In this document: positions 24,052 to 35,808 of the stretch, in pieces | Layout of the letters: each line of letters opens with the position of its first letter | How positions within the stretch are numbered: the stretch's first letter is position 1 | Assembly (NCBI RefSeq): GCF_001194135.2 | Contig: NC_069008.1 | Coordinates: 16,515,681 to 16,558,834 of the forward strand | DNA from: Octopus bimaculoides | Taxonomy: Eukaryota | Direction of reading: 5' to 3' | Length of the DNA: 43,154 nucleotides | Position numbers and translations under genes: made by a program | The notes under the pieces: generated by a model | What the model was told of the DNA's origin: nothing | Databases searched by the model: none | Seen by the model: the letters and a program-made list of their open reading frames with translations, nothing else

Positions 24052-25083
24052 ATGTCAAAACAGAAACCACAATCAACATATCAGTGTGATATCTGTAAAA
24101 AGACTTTCAATCAGAAATGTAGTCTACCGACTCACAGGCGTATTCATACAGGAGATAAACCATTTCACTGTGATATCTGTGGTAAATCATTCTCTCAAAA
24201 AGTTATCTTAGTTAAACACATTCGTATTCATACAGGGGAGAAGCCATTTCACTGTGATATTTGTGGTAAATCATTCTCGCAAAACGATTACTTGACCAAA
24301 CACAAACGTGTTCATACAGGGGAGAAGCCATTTCGCTGTGATATTTGTGGTAATTCATTCTCTCAGGGAACTGCCTTAACAGTACACACGCGTATTCATA
24401 CAGGAGAGAAGCCATTTCGCTGTGATATCTGTGGTAATTCATTCACTGCAAGTAGCAATTTGGCTGTACATAAACATATTCATACAGGGGAGAAGTCATT
24501 TCGCTGTGATTTCTGTGGTAAATCATTCTCGCAAAACGATCACTTGACTAAACACAAACGTGTTCATACAGGGGAGAAGCCATTTCGCTGTGAATTCTGT
24601 GGTAAATCATTCTTGCAAAAGAATCACTTGACCAAACACAAACGTGTTCATACAGGGGCGAAGCCATTTCGCTGTGATTTCTGTGGTAAATCATTCTTGC
24701 AAAACGATCACTTGACCAAACACAAACGTGTTCATACAGGGGAGAAGCCATTTCGCTGTGATATTTGTGGTAATTCATTCTCTCAGCGAACTGCCTTAAC
24801 AGTACACACGCGTATTCATACAGGAGAGAAGCCATTTCGCTGTGATATCTGTGGTAATTCATTCACTGCAAGTAGCAGTTTGGCTGTACATAAACGTATT
24901 CATACAGGGGAGAAGTCATTTCACTGTGATTTCTGTGGTAAATCATTCTCGCAAAACGATCACTTGACCAAACACAAACGTGTTCATACAGGGGAGAAGC
25001 CATTTCGCTGTGATATTTGTGATAAATCATTCTCTCAAAAACGTAGCTTAACTAACCATATGTCTAACCATACAAAAGTCTGA
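24052..25083 (+). CDS. C2H2 zinc-finger protein E (343 aa, 12 fingers)
   Basis: Intact ORF; internal duplication at a 420-nt offset. Confidence 0.92.
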   Translation: MSKQKPQSTYQCDICKKTFNQKCSLPTHRRIHTGDKPFHCDICGKSFSQKVILVKHIRIHTGEKPFHCDICGKSFSQNDYLTKHKRVHTGEKPFRCDICGNSFSQGTALTVHTRIHTGEKPFRCDICGNSFTASSNLAVHKHIHTGEKSFRCDFCGKSFSQNDHLTKHKRVHTGEKPFRCEFCGKSFLQKNHLTKHKRVHTGAKPFRCDFCGKSFLQNDHLTKHKRVHTGEKPFRCDICGNSFSQRTALTVHTRIHTGEKPFRCDICGNSFTASSSLAVHKRIHTGEKSFHCDFCGKSFSQNDHLTKHKRVHTGEKPFRCDICDKSFSQKRSLTNHMSNHTKV

Positions 25084-25319
25084 CTCTGTCATTCTCAAAA
25101 TTCATTGCATCTTTAACTGGTTAAGGTGTCTCTTATTTTCGAAATGTTGTCCTTTAATTAAGTACATCATGTTACCTTACCCTCTGGTCACACAGTCATC
25201 CTCCCAACCTTCTTTACCATGTTTGTACATTTTAAAATGAACTTTATCTCTGACTTCAAAATGTTTTGTAATATTTCTTGTATTACCTTCAAATGTTTTT
25301 TTCATCTTTGCTTCATATG

Positions 25320-25645
25320 TATGTTATCCTGGCAATAATTTATCGAAGATCGATTTTATTTTATGCACAAACATGAACTCTGCTGGTGACTTCCCTGCAT
25401 TAAGTATTTGGATTTCATTAGTGCTACCTCATTATCTCACTTGATCCTATCTTTTCTTAGAGCCCTTTTAAACGTGTCGATGAATCTCTGTGCCTACCCA
25501 TTTGACCTCGGGTGGTAGTACAGGGTAAACATGTTCTTTATGGCATGTATTTTGCAGAAATTTCTTAATTCATATCGTGTGAATTGTGTTCCATTATGTG
25601 AAACTAACGTGTCTGGAACACCGTATCAAGCAAATAACTCGAGTA
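25320..25645 (-). mobile_element. Gypsy LTR-retrotransposon integrase remnant
   Basis: ELFA*YGVPDTLVSHNGTQFT...YHPRSNG*AQRFIDTFKRALRK...SPAEFMF...IFDKLLP. Confidence 0.8.
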
Positions 25646-25865
25646 GGGACTTTGTTTTTGTCTCTGGATAAAATTTACATAACTGTAAATGAATGCATTT
25701 TTTGTCCATTAATTTCTCAGAAATGCAAACAAGATTTTCAGTCAGCATGCAAAAACTACATCAAATCTACAGGTTTTGAAAATAATCTGGTGAAAATTTG
25801 AAAAATACTTGCAATGTTTGAAATTGATTTATTGAGAATTTAATGAGATCCCAATAATGATCAAT

Positions 25866-26480
25866 TTAAGGTAGCATGGTATACGACTGTCTTGATATCA
25901 ATATGCCATGGCGTGTTGGGTCACAACCTCTCCAACTGGAAAATGTTGATGCACGCAATAAACATCTTAAATAATGTGGTTCTCCTACTTTTGCTGTGAC
26001 AACATAAACATGACAGAGTGTTTCTTTTTTGAAAACATTCAAATGGCCTTCGATTTTTTTGCCTTGCTTTCTTCTTTGCTGTTCTTTGTTCCTACTGTTC
26101 CAAGCAAAATACATGGGTGCTTCAGCTTAAAATACTGTTTCTAACAAAGTCATTGTTCGTTTTCATATGTCATGCATTGACAGCCATATATATCCTCATT
26201 ATTTCTGAGCAATATTCTTTGTTCATCTGGTAGATGAAATTTCAGTCTTACTATTCCAGATACTCTTTCATGAACTGAAAATCCTAAAATGGATGCAACA
26301 GCTTCAGATTATCCAATATACCTACCCCTTAGATGTCGACTAATTTCATTATCATTATTTGAACAGCAGCTGAGCCATTCCCTTTCAGTGTGTACTTGAT
26401 GATATACTTATTTTACCTCACTCTGGCAAAGATTTCAACATTGCAGTGGCATTTGAATGCTCTTAAAAGAGTTTCATTAT
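25866..26480 (-). mobile_element. Helitron Rep-domain remnant
   Basis: FKCHCNVE...KYTLKG...GRYIG*SEAVASILGFSVHER...YFAWN...RRKQGKKIEG...HYLRCLL. Confidence 0.75.
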
Positions 26481-27442
26481 AAGATACAACCCATTTGTTG
26501 TTTGTTTTTCTATTCTTGTGTGATTTCAACTCCTCCCATTGCAACTGATCTTCATTTGTAAAGAGATAATCTTTTTTTCTGCCTTTTGATTAAGATGGTA
26601 AAGATTACTATTTTATTTTAAATAAAATCTTAAAATTACCCCTAAAGAGTGAAAAAATTCAAATATCTGTGGTTCAAAAACTATCTAAAAAAAATATAGG
26701 GTGAACTTCTCTTTCAGCCTACAGCGCTCAAAAGTTATGTAAATGTTTCAGGGAAGAAAATAGAAAGTAAGGGAAAAAGAATGGACAGTGATGACTCCTT
26801 GAAGTATTGGAATTTTCAACTTCACTGTTTTTCTGTATTCCTGGTAGCCTACTGTTCATCTTCGTCATTAGCTTCATCTGGTGAAGTCTGCAACATGTTC
26901 TTCATCTCTCATTTATTCATCAAGAAATTATCGTTATTCTTCTGTCTAATTCGTTATAAATCTTTCCATTTGCTTTTCCTCATCCATTATGAATCTGAAA
27001 GGAAAGAAGACATAACTATCAAAGAACAAAAAAAAAAAAACTATGTTAGTCGGTTGACAATAATATATAATTTTATTCGAGAAATAATCAGCCTTTCAGA
27101 TAGGAAAATAAGTAAAATAACAACAAGAAAGAGAAAGAAACAAAAAAATGTGCCTGTCGATAAGTAGTACAGTGAATGGTATGGTGGGGGTATGCACAAC
27201 CCCAGATGCAAATAACACGTGTGTACATTTCTCATCACTCTGCAATTAACTGAGTGGATTTGGGCATTAAACTCAGTGGTGTGTGTCAAGAGATTACATG
27301 CATGGGTAGCACTGTCACTGCTGCCAGATGCAAGATCCACGCACACAAAAATCCCTAGGGTATGAGATACACCACCGCTGGACCAACACCGGAGATTAAG
27401 GCATATGTCTAAGATAGCATTAATTTTTTTTTCTTTTCTTTT

Positions 27443-27860
27443 TAACCACATACGTTTGTTGATGTAAACAGAGCATTAAGCCACGAGAATTTTATGAACA
27501 ATCTAAGCTTAGAAACACTAAGAGAAACTTTGAACATCAAATATGTACCACGCTTTTGATTCCAACACGCCCTAAATCGCCCTGGCTCTGTAGTACAAAA
27601 GTCTTGTTTTTTTATTCTTCCACAAAAATCTTAATCACAATTTATGGTCGTAACACTAGCTTAATGATAAGTAAGTTATTTTACTAAATTCTTTATTATA
27701 TGTAAAATTAACTGAAAGAAACACGGAGTATCTCAACAGAAACATGGTAACAAAAGGGACGAAGTTGTGAATATTATATTGATTATAGAAATGATAGGAA
27801 ACGGCCGCTTCTATATCTGACAAAATATTACGGAGTAAAAAGTAAAGGAATTATGTTAAT
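27443..27860 (+). mobile_element. hAT C-terminal remnant upstream of ZNF-F, interrupted by a piggyBac-like MITE fragment (about 27585-27760)
   Basis: PHTFVDVNRALSHENFM..LSLETLRETLNIKY. Confidence 0.6.
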
Positions 27861-27964
27861 TTGATTTTTATTCAATTGCAACAGGATTTCTACATATAAA
27901 TTATTTCATATTTACACATATTTATGTGATTTTCCGTTTTAGATACTTTTTCACTTATAATTAG

Positions 27965-28114
27965 CAACCCTGTTTCTCCCTCTTGCGGGGAATGAAGGAA
28001 ATACATGAGATATAAAGGGGAACAACTTCGTACCGAGTACAATGTACATCATTTAACGACTTCGATGTAATTGTTAATCGGACACTGACTGATTCCATGT
28101 GACGAACGGTAAGT
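27965..28114 (+). promoter_or_regulatory. ZNF-F putative promoter (TATAAAGGGG at 28011) and exon 1; donor G|GTAAGT at 28109
   Basis: Conserved block; acceptor ends at 29779. Confidence 0.65.
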
Positions 28115-28334
28115 CGACAAAGATTTACTTGAATAATAAATAAATCTGTAATAATGTGTGTAAATAATAGAATTGTTCTCATGTGAACCCGTCAACGATA
28201 CAGTAATTGTATACAAGTCAAATCACATAACAACATTGGAACAAAGTCGTCGTCTTCCTGTCTTTTACCTAATACTTCCAAACTGAAATTTTGGTCGGTT
28301 ATTTTCGAAAAGACGCAATTCATTGTTGGGGCGA

Positions 28335-29044
28335 ATGCACTTTCACACCACTCCTTGAAAATGCATTTTTTTTTTCGGATTCCTACGCTTTAGATATCGG
28401 AGATAACGAATATGCAAAAAAAATTTTTTTTCAACACCCTCCCCCAATTTAAATTTTTGATTTTGTTTACTTTAAAGAGATCGTAGCGAATTGACGAACA
28501 TCTGCAAATCGAAATTAAATACAAACAAAAACATTAAAGTGAAAAAAGTTAGCGTTTTATTTGTTTGCCTTAAATAATCGTAAATAATAATTTAATGTTT
28601 AATAATTAATGTCATAAAGTTTAATAAGGGGCTCAAATTTCTCCCCCTCAATTTTAAATTTTGAACTTTTTCATCCATTTATTTATTTATCTGTCTATCA
28701 ATTTATCCCTGTCCGTTTATTCATAAAATATATTTGTCAACTATTTTGGCGATCCAAAAGAAGACGGTGTTACTGTTGTTTTTAGCCCCAGGAAGACATC
28801 TATCTCTTTATACACATATCTATATGCTTATTATATTTAAGTTTCAAAACGTGCTTTTTGGCATATTCGGAATCTCCGTCATCGAAAACATGGGGGGAAA
28901 AAAATTTCGAAAAAATTCAAAATTTTAAGAGGGAAGTCTCATTTTTTTGCATATTCGTAATCTCCGACATCTAAAACGTATGGATCCGAAAAATTTTTTT
29001 CGAGAAAGTGCATTTTACAAGGAGAGGTATGAAACTGCACTTTT
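28335..29044. mobile_element. MITE with about 90-bp TIRs in the ZNF-F intron
   Basis: tgcactttcacaccactccttgaaaatgca...tttagatatcggagataacgaatatgcaaaaaaa is mirrored at about 28945-29044. Confidence 0.8.
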
Positions 29045-30124
29045 ACTGCCGTAAATGTCAAATCCGTGTTAATAGAGCGCTATAAGTTAATATGTGTCTG
29101 TCTGGGAGGGCTGAAGTGACACGAAGAAGCGGGAGAATTGAACTTTCTCTTTCTGTATTGTTCATAGATAGTTAACGTCTGGTTTCTGTAGACTCTGGCC
29201 GAATGTTGAGAAGCTTAAGCATACAGGATCGTGCCATAAATGCTTCCTATCCAACGAAATTCTGGTTTAAGTGCCCCATGTCACCTTTCTACTGAATACA
29301 CGTCACTTATTGCTTAAAAATTACCCAAATACGACAACTTTAACACGAAATAACTTCTAAAATAGGAAAGTTTGTCAGAAATGTTGAAAGTAAACTGTTT
29401 TTCAGCATGAGAAATTACGCCAGATTACGAAGTTTCAAACTGTTAAAAAATAATAATTTAAAAATCTGTGAGCGAAACTGAACAGATCCAAAATTATTTT
29501 ATGCAATATTGAAATACCTTTTCACAACTTTTATCCTAAGTAAAATGGACATTATGAAAATGTTTGAGACGGGAGGCCTGCTAGTATACATATATATTTA
29601 CACCTACACATACATATGTACATACACATGCTTTGAGAAGCACAGTCTTTAAAATCATGTTGTTATTCCCAAACCAACATAGTGATGATGTGGGTGTTAG
29701 TAGTGATCAACTGTTTTTAATCTGTCTTTTTCAAAGTGTCCTCTCTATCTTAGACTGTTGTTTCTCTCTTTTATTTCAGAGAATATCACATGACATTGGC
29801 ATAAAAACATCATTTCCATCAGATAACATCATTAATATTCAACACCTTTTAAAGATTGACAGAAAATATTGTACAGAAGAGATTTAATAACTCCAGAGAA
29901 TTCCAGTGAAATATTTCTTCTCAACTGAGATTGATAGCAACATTTCTCTTCAGTTATCAAGAAGAATTACAGTTGATGAAAATAAAGCAGTAGAAATATT
30001 TATTAGGAATAAGCTGTCGGGGAAGAACAAAAATTGTATCCACATATGTTGTGGTGATCGGAGTAAGATAAGGGACAAACAGATTATTAAAAATAGTTGA
30101 AGAATATATATTTATTCTGAAGAG

Positions 30125-30997
30125 ATGTCACAAGAGAAACCACAATCATATCACTGTGACATCTGTAAAAAGACTTTCACTCATAAATGTAATCTAACGA
30201 CTCACAGACGTATTCATACAGGAGAGAAGCCATTTCACTGTGAAAGCTGTGGTAAATCGTTCTCTACAAGCAGTTACTTAACTACTCACAATCGTATTCA
30301 TACAGGAGAGAAGCCATTTCATTGTAATATCTGTGGTAAATTATTCACTGCACGCAATGATTTAACTAAACACAGACGCATTCATACAGGGGAGAAGCCA
30401 TTTTTCTGTGACGTCTGTGGGAGATCATTCTCCAGAAATAGCAGCTTAACAACTCACAAACGTATTCACACAGGGAAGAAGCCATTTCCCTGTGATGTCT
30501 GTGGTAAATCATTCGCTGCAAACAATAGGTTAACTAAACACAAGTTTATTCACACAGGAGAGAAGCCCTTTCACTGTAATATCTGTGATAAATTATTCTC
30601 TACAAGCAGTGATTTAACTCAACACATACGCATTCATACAGGAGAGAAACCATTTCGCTGTAATATCTGTGGTAAATTTCTCAGTACAAGCAGTTCTTTA
30701 ACTGAACACATACGTATTCATACAGGAGAGAAGCCATTTCGTTGTAATGTCTGCGGTAAATTATTCTCTGCAAGCAGTACTTTAACTAAACACAGACACA
30801 TTCATACAGGAGAGAAGCCATTTTGCTGTGATATCTGCGGTAAATCATTCTCTTACTACAGTATCTTAACTGTACATGAACGTATTCACACAGGGGAGAA
30901 GCCATTTCACTGTGATATCTGTGGTGAATCATTCTCTCTAAACAAAAGTTTAACTAGACATATATCTATTCATAAAAAAAGTATGACTATGTCATAG
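30125..30997 (+). CDS. C2H2 zinc-finger protein F (290 aa, 10 fingers)
   Basis: Intact ORF. Confidence 0.92.
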   Translation: MSQEKPQSYHCDICKKTFTHKCNLTTHRRIHTGEKPFHCESCGKSFSTSSYLTTHNRIHTGEKPFHCNICGKLFTARNDLTKHRRIHTGEKPFFCDVCGRSFSRNSSLTTHKRIHTGKKPFPCDVCGKSFAANNRLTKHKFIHTGEKPFHCNICDKLFSTSSDLTQHIRIHTGEKPFRCNICGKFLSTSSSLTEHIRIHTGEKPFRCNVCGKLFSASSTLTKHRHIHTGEKPFCCDICGKSFSYYSILTVHERIHTGEKPFHCDICGESFSLNKSLTRHISIHKKSMTMS

Positions 30998-31030
30998 TCA
31001 AAACTCATTGCATTTCTAAACAACCAACTA

Positions 31031-31414
31031 TAGCGTGCAGCAGAAAGGTTGCCCCAATTTCAATGGTTAATAAAAAAACGAACACATTAAGATGCATGCA
31101 AAAACTTTGTATTTCTATGAAGTTCATTAACCCTTTCGTTACCAACCTGGCTGAAACTGACTCTGCCTCTGAGTACAAATGTTTTGTTTTCATAAACTTT
31201 GAATTAAAATCCTCCACCAAACCTTAGTCACAATTTATGTTCCTAACACTAGCTGAGTAATAACTAAATTATTTTTTTACTAAATTCTTTGTTATATTTA
31301 AAGTAATTGAAAGAAACACAGAGCATCTCAACAGAAATACAGTAACGAAAGGGTTAAATCACAATGGCATTTAATGTAACCTTGAAATCGGGGCAGCCTT
31401 TCTGCTGCACCCTT
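31031..31414. mobile_element. Tc1/mariner-like MITE in the ZNF-F 3' UTR
   Basis: TIR gtgcagcagaaaggytgccccrattt; TA on both sides (31029-30, 31415-16). Confidence 0.8.
31131..31353. mobile_element. piggyBac-like MITE nested in the mariner-like MITE
   Basis: TTAA-CCCTTTCGTTAC...GTAACGAAAGGG-TTAA. Confidence 0.88.
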
Positions 31415-31740
31415 TATCAAACAAATGTTTTCCAGATAAATCACAAGTTACTCCTGTGGTCTTCACAATAATCTGTGAAGCCTTCACTTGAATCATACTT
31501 ATGGTTCTGTTTTTGAGGTACTCTTTTCTGACTACATTCTCTGTTTGTAGTCTCTTACAACATGCACAGATATGATTTGTTTAGATCCAGTTTTATTCTA
31601 GTTTATACTGTCAAAATTGATTCTTAAAGGCTTTGTCTTATGAAACCTTAAATAAAATTATCTTATAAACCATGAATATATTCACATGTGACTAAAAATG
31701 TAGCATTATATAAGAGCATACACCCAAGTCTCTCCATATA

Positions 31741-32108
31741 CTCTTTTACTTGTTTCGGTCATTTGACTGTAGCCATGCTGGAGTACCGCCTTTAGTCGAG
31801 CAAATTGACCCCAGGACTTATTCTTTGTAAGCCTAGTACTTATTCTATCAGTCTCTTTTGCTGAACCGCTAAGTGACGGGGACATAAACACACCAGCATC
31901 GGTTGTCAAGCAATACTAGGGGGACAAACACACACACACATACATATATACAACGGTCTTCTTTCAGTTTCCGTCTACCAAATCCACTCACAAGGCTTTG
32001 GTCGGCCTGAGGCTATAGTAGAAGACACTTGCCCAAGATGCCACGCAGTGGGACTGAACCCAGAACCATGGGGTTGGTAAGCAAGCTACTTACCACACAG
32101 CCACTCCT
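31741..32108 (-). mobile_element. Full-length tRNA-derived SINE
   Basis: Head ggagtggctgtgtggtaag (A box) ... ggttcagtccc (B box); CA/TA microsatellite; taaaagag tail. Confidence 0.88.
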
Positions 32109-32309
32109 GGGGAGATAGCTTAGCACTGATGTTATTTATTACTAGGCTGCATAGTAAAGGAATTTGATTTCCCATCACACAGTTTGATGTTCAATCCCAT
32201 TGCATAGCACAGTGAAAAGTGTCACCTTGTATCCCTAGGGTTGAGCAAAGCCATCTGAGTGGACACTGTCTGAATATCAGTTGCGTGTGTATGTATATAA
32301 AAGGAGCAT

Positions 32310-32580
32310 TCCATTGGCTACGACAAACGTCCCAGCTGATCCGATCAACAGAACAGCTTGCTTGTGAAATTAACGTGCAAGGGGCTGAGTGCTCCACAGA
32401 CACACGTACCCTTAATGTAGTTCTGAGGGAGATTCAGTGTGACAAGGCTGACCCTTTTGAATTACAGGTACTACTCATTTTTGCCAGCTGAATGGACTGG
32501 AGCAACGTGAAATAAAGTGTCTTGCTCAAGGACACAACGCGTCGCCGGGAATTGAACTCACGACCTTACGATCATGAGTG
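32310..32580 (-). mobile_element. tRNA-SINE related to 22685-23023
   Basis: gtgaaattaacgtgcaag...gtacccttaa core; gtgagttcaattcccgg B-box-like motif. Confidence 0.7.
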
Positions 32581-33869
32581 GAATGTATGACAATACCAAT
32601 AAGGGTCTGTGTGAAGAGATGACATGGGAAAATATATGAGTCGTGGCATCGCTACCCTGTTGTTGGACAAAGATCAGAAGGAAAAAGTTTAAAAATTCAA
32701 AGCTGGATTTAAAATGTGGGAAGTTGAACTAGACAATGAAAAGTTACCATGGAATATGGATTCCATGCAATTACTAAAGGAATACGGTTTTGACATCTTG
32801 GAAGGCACCAAGTACAAAAAGAAAAAAATGAAGTAACTCAGAGACAACTTCATATTGTCGTTCATTGTAACATACGCTTTTGTTTATTTTACTTCTTTCA
32901 TTGTTTTTTTAATTTGTTATATGTCCCCACATGTCCTTGTATTGTCCCCTCTATGTCGGCCCCTTGTGGGCAATAAAACATCAACTTATTCTTAGTGCAA
33001 CTTTTGAAGAGTGCAGTTCAGTTTTAACATTTCTTTCCGAAGCTATAATGGAAGTGAGAAAGGAGCATATTCAGCATTATAAGTTCAATAAAGACAACAG
33101 CAACGGAAAGTGCAAGGAATTTTAGTTTTTCTTCGGAAGTGTCATTTTATTTAGCAATAATTATTTTAATTCACCCCGCCTCCCTTTTTTTTTCCCCCCA
33201 TACAATTTAACATATTTTAGATTTGGCATTTTTTTTTTTCAGGAACTGAATGTTTTCTTTTTCTCTCACTTGTATTTTTCATCTTTATTAATTACTACGT
33301 TGCCATAATTATCCTTAACATTTCCATTATTATTGAGAATATATTTAATTTTACCCTTATAAACTGCATTTTTGAGTGCTACATTATATCTTTATTATCT
33401 CCTCCATCAAATTGCAATAAGATGTGATCTCACAACCTCTGAATATAGCCTTGGGCTTTACTTTTTACCTTGTATCCTTACCATTGTGGACTCACTGACT
33501 CTCTGGTGAAGCTTTGCAGTTCAGTTTTTATATGATATGTCAACTTTAGCATACTGGATCCCCAAAATGGAAACAGCTGTAAGAGTGGAGTTGTATTTAT
33601 TCCTATGATTATAGTAAATAAATCTTACTGATGCTTGTCAATCGAATCTCTTCTCCATTGTCTTCCTTGCCTTATATATATATATATATATTTTTTTTTT
33701 TTATAGTTTCAGCTTAGAGCTGTGGCCATGCTGATGCACTGCCGTGAAAAATTTTAGTAAAACCCCTTAATGCAGGCCCTGGGTAGGATTGAACCCTGCT
33801 CTGGATGTTCAATGTGGCTGTCTAATTATGTCTCTACCCACAAGACCACCAAGACACCCGGGAGAATTT

Positions 33870-34010
33870 ACGTAAAAAACAACAGACGAAGACAGGTGGT
33901 GTAAATAACAAATGGATGTATTAGTTTAACGCTCGGGAATAGAGAAAGTCTTTGACGTTTCGAGCTACGCTCTTCAACAGAAAGAAATAAGGAGAGAAAA
34001 GAAATGTGTG
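33870..34010 (-). mobile_element. Penelope-like terminal repeat fragment with hammerhead-like core
   Basis: Reverse complement CTGTTGA-A-GAGC-gta-GCTC-GAAAC. Confidence 0.5.
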
Positions 34011-34039
34011 TAGTGGTCAGCGATCTATATCTATATATA

Positions 34040-34195
34040 TATGACAGGCTTCTTTCAGTTTCCATCAACCAAATTCCCTCACAAGACTTTGGTTGGCCCA
34101 AGTCTATAGCAGTAGACACGTGCCATGGTTCCACACAGTAGGACTGAACCCAGAACCATGTTGTTGATAAGCAGGCTACTTACCACACTGCCACT
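34040..34195 (-). mobile_element. tRNA-SINE 5' part
   Basis: Same head as 31741-32108. Confidence 0.75.
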
Positions 34196-34329
34196 CTTGT
34201 TTTACTATATCAAGAAATGCAGGAGCAGCCACAGTGACAAAACCAGCTGCAGCATTTGATCCTCATAAAAGGAGAGAGAGAGGTTGTTAAAAAAAAACTT
34301 GCTATCTTCATCAGTACTGCCTGACTAGA

Positions 34330-34515
34330 CCCCTGTGCCAGTGGCACATAAAAACACCCACTACACTCTCAGAGTGGTTGGTGTCAGGAAGGGCATCCAG
34401 CTGTAGAAACTCTGCCAGATCAGATTGGAGCCTGGTGCAGCCTTCTGGTTTGCCAGTTCTCAGTCAAACCGTCCAACCCATGCCAGCAGGGAAACCGGAC
34501 GTTAAACGATGATGA
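34330..34515 (+). mobile_element. RTE 3'-end repeat with GAT tail
   Basis: Matches 4945-5098. Confidence 0.8.
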
Positions 34516-34534
34516 CGGATAGGTGTCCTCACCT

Positions 34535-34668
34535 TGTTGTTACCACATTTCGGCTAATGTACTCTCTGGCCTTCATCAGATATTCTGGTGGAATTTCGAA
34601 CCTAATCCTTCCACCAGAACACCTGATGAAAACTGGAGAGTAAATCAGCCGAAACGTTGTGGTAACAA
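34535..34668. repeat. Hairpin made of two inverted hammerhead-like cores
   Basis: CTGATGA...GAAAC at 34623-34655 (+) and CTGATGA-A-GGC...GCC-GAAAT at 34579-34547 (-). Confidence 0.6.
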
Positions 34669-34789
34669 CAAACAAGATCAGGACAAATATTCGTCCATTG
34701 TAGATGCACATAATTCCTCATTTCAAAAATATAGAATAGTGTTTCTAATCTTCAATCATCAACTACAGTCATTGATGTTGGGAATGACG

Positions 34790-35100
34790 AAAAGATCTCT
34801 AAAGTAACGTTACTGGACACGGTACGTAACTCAGAGATCAGAGAGTCTCTCCAGGTGGAGCCATTACTCATCTGCATAGAGAAGTCACAGCTCTGACACA
34901 ACAGATATGTGATTAGAATTTTACAGGAAAGAATCACACACACAATGCATTCTTCAAACAGAGCTAACTGGCAGGAGACTCAGTGGTAGGCCATGAATGC
35001 GATGGTTGATTGATAAACATCATATTTGTCAGTCACGTGTGAGAACCCAACTGGAAACTGTAATGAATGCTGTTTCTGATAGATCTGCATAGAGGAGGGT
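34790..35100 (+). mobile_element. LINE (RTE-like) C-terminal coding remnant
   Basis: KVTLLDTVRNSEIRESLQVEPLLICIEKSQL...GRP*MRW. Confidence 0.7.
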
Positions 35101-35369
35101 TCTAATCCAATGACGCCCACACGGGAAGAGTGGATGGAGGAAATGGATGGATTTCTATGTAAAAGAAGGAAACTTGTTTAGTCTATTGAAAGAGACACTA
35201 GCAGGAATTGTTTTTTCTGCAGAAAATAATTTTATGTATCAGTCAGGCTTTTGTTAAAGAATATCATGATTGAAACTGTTTTCTGTTCCCTTATATATCA
35301 TTACATCATCTCTTCTGTGTGAATGTGTATATAAAATATTTTTATTTATGGTAACATAAGACAAAGATC

Positions 35370-35808
35370 TGGCACCCATGCCAACGTCGTCTCCTTCATT
35401 GGACACGAAACTCAGCTTGCGAAGACTTATTGGGGCAAGTGAAAGCGAAATCGGGATGGCACCTGTGCCCAGCGTTGCCTTTCTGGCACTTGTGCCCACG
35501 GCATGTGTAATGACTTTTGAGCGAGATCGTTGCCAGTGCCCCTGGACTGGCTCCTGTGCGGGTGGAACATAAAATACACCATTTGAGTGTGGCCATTGCC
35601 AGTACCGCCTGACTGGCCTTGTGCAGGTGGCACATAAAAGCACCCACTACACTCTCTGAGTGGTTGGCGTTAGGAAGGGCATCCAGCTGTAGAAACTCTG
35701 CCAGTTCAGATTGGAGCCTGGTGTAGCCATCTGGTTCGCCAGTCCTCAGTCAAATCGTCCAACCCATGCTAGCATGGAAAGCAGACGTTAAACGATGATG
35801 ATGATGAT
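35370..35808 (+). mobile_element. RTE 3'-UTR-derived element with (GAT)n tail
   Basis: 3' end matches 4945-5098. Confidence 0.8.

Noticed and set aside
26781-27451. 128-aa and 136-aa overlapping ORFs
   Set aside because: Low-complexity, with no recognisable domain; likely chance or decayed repeat
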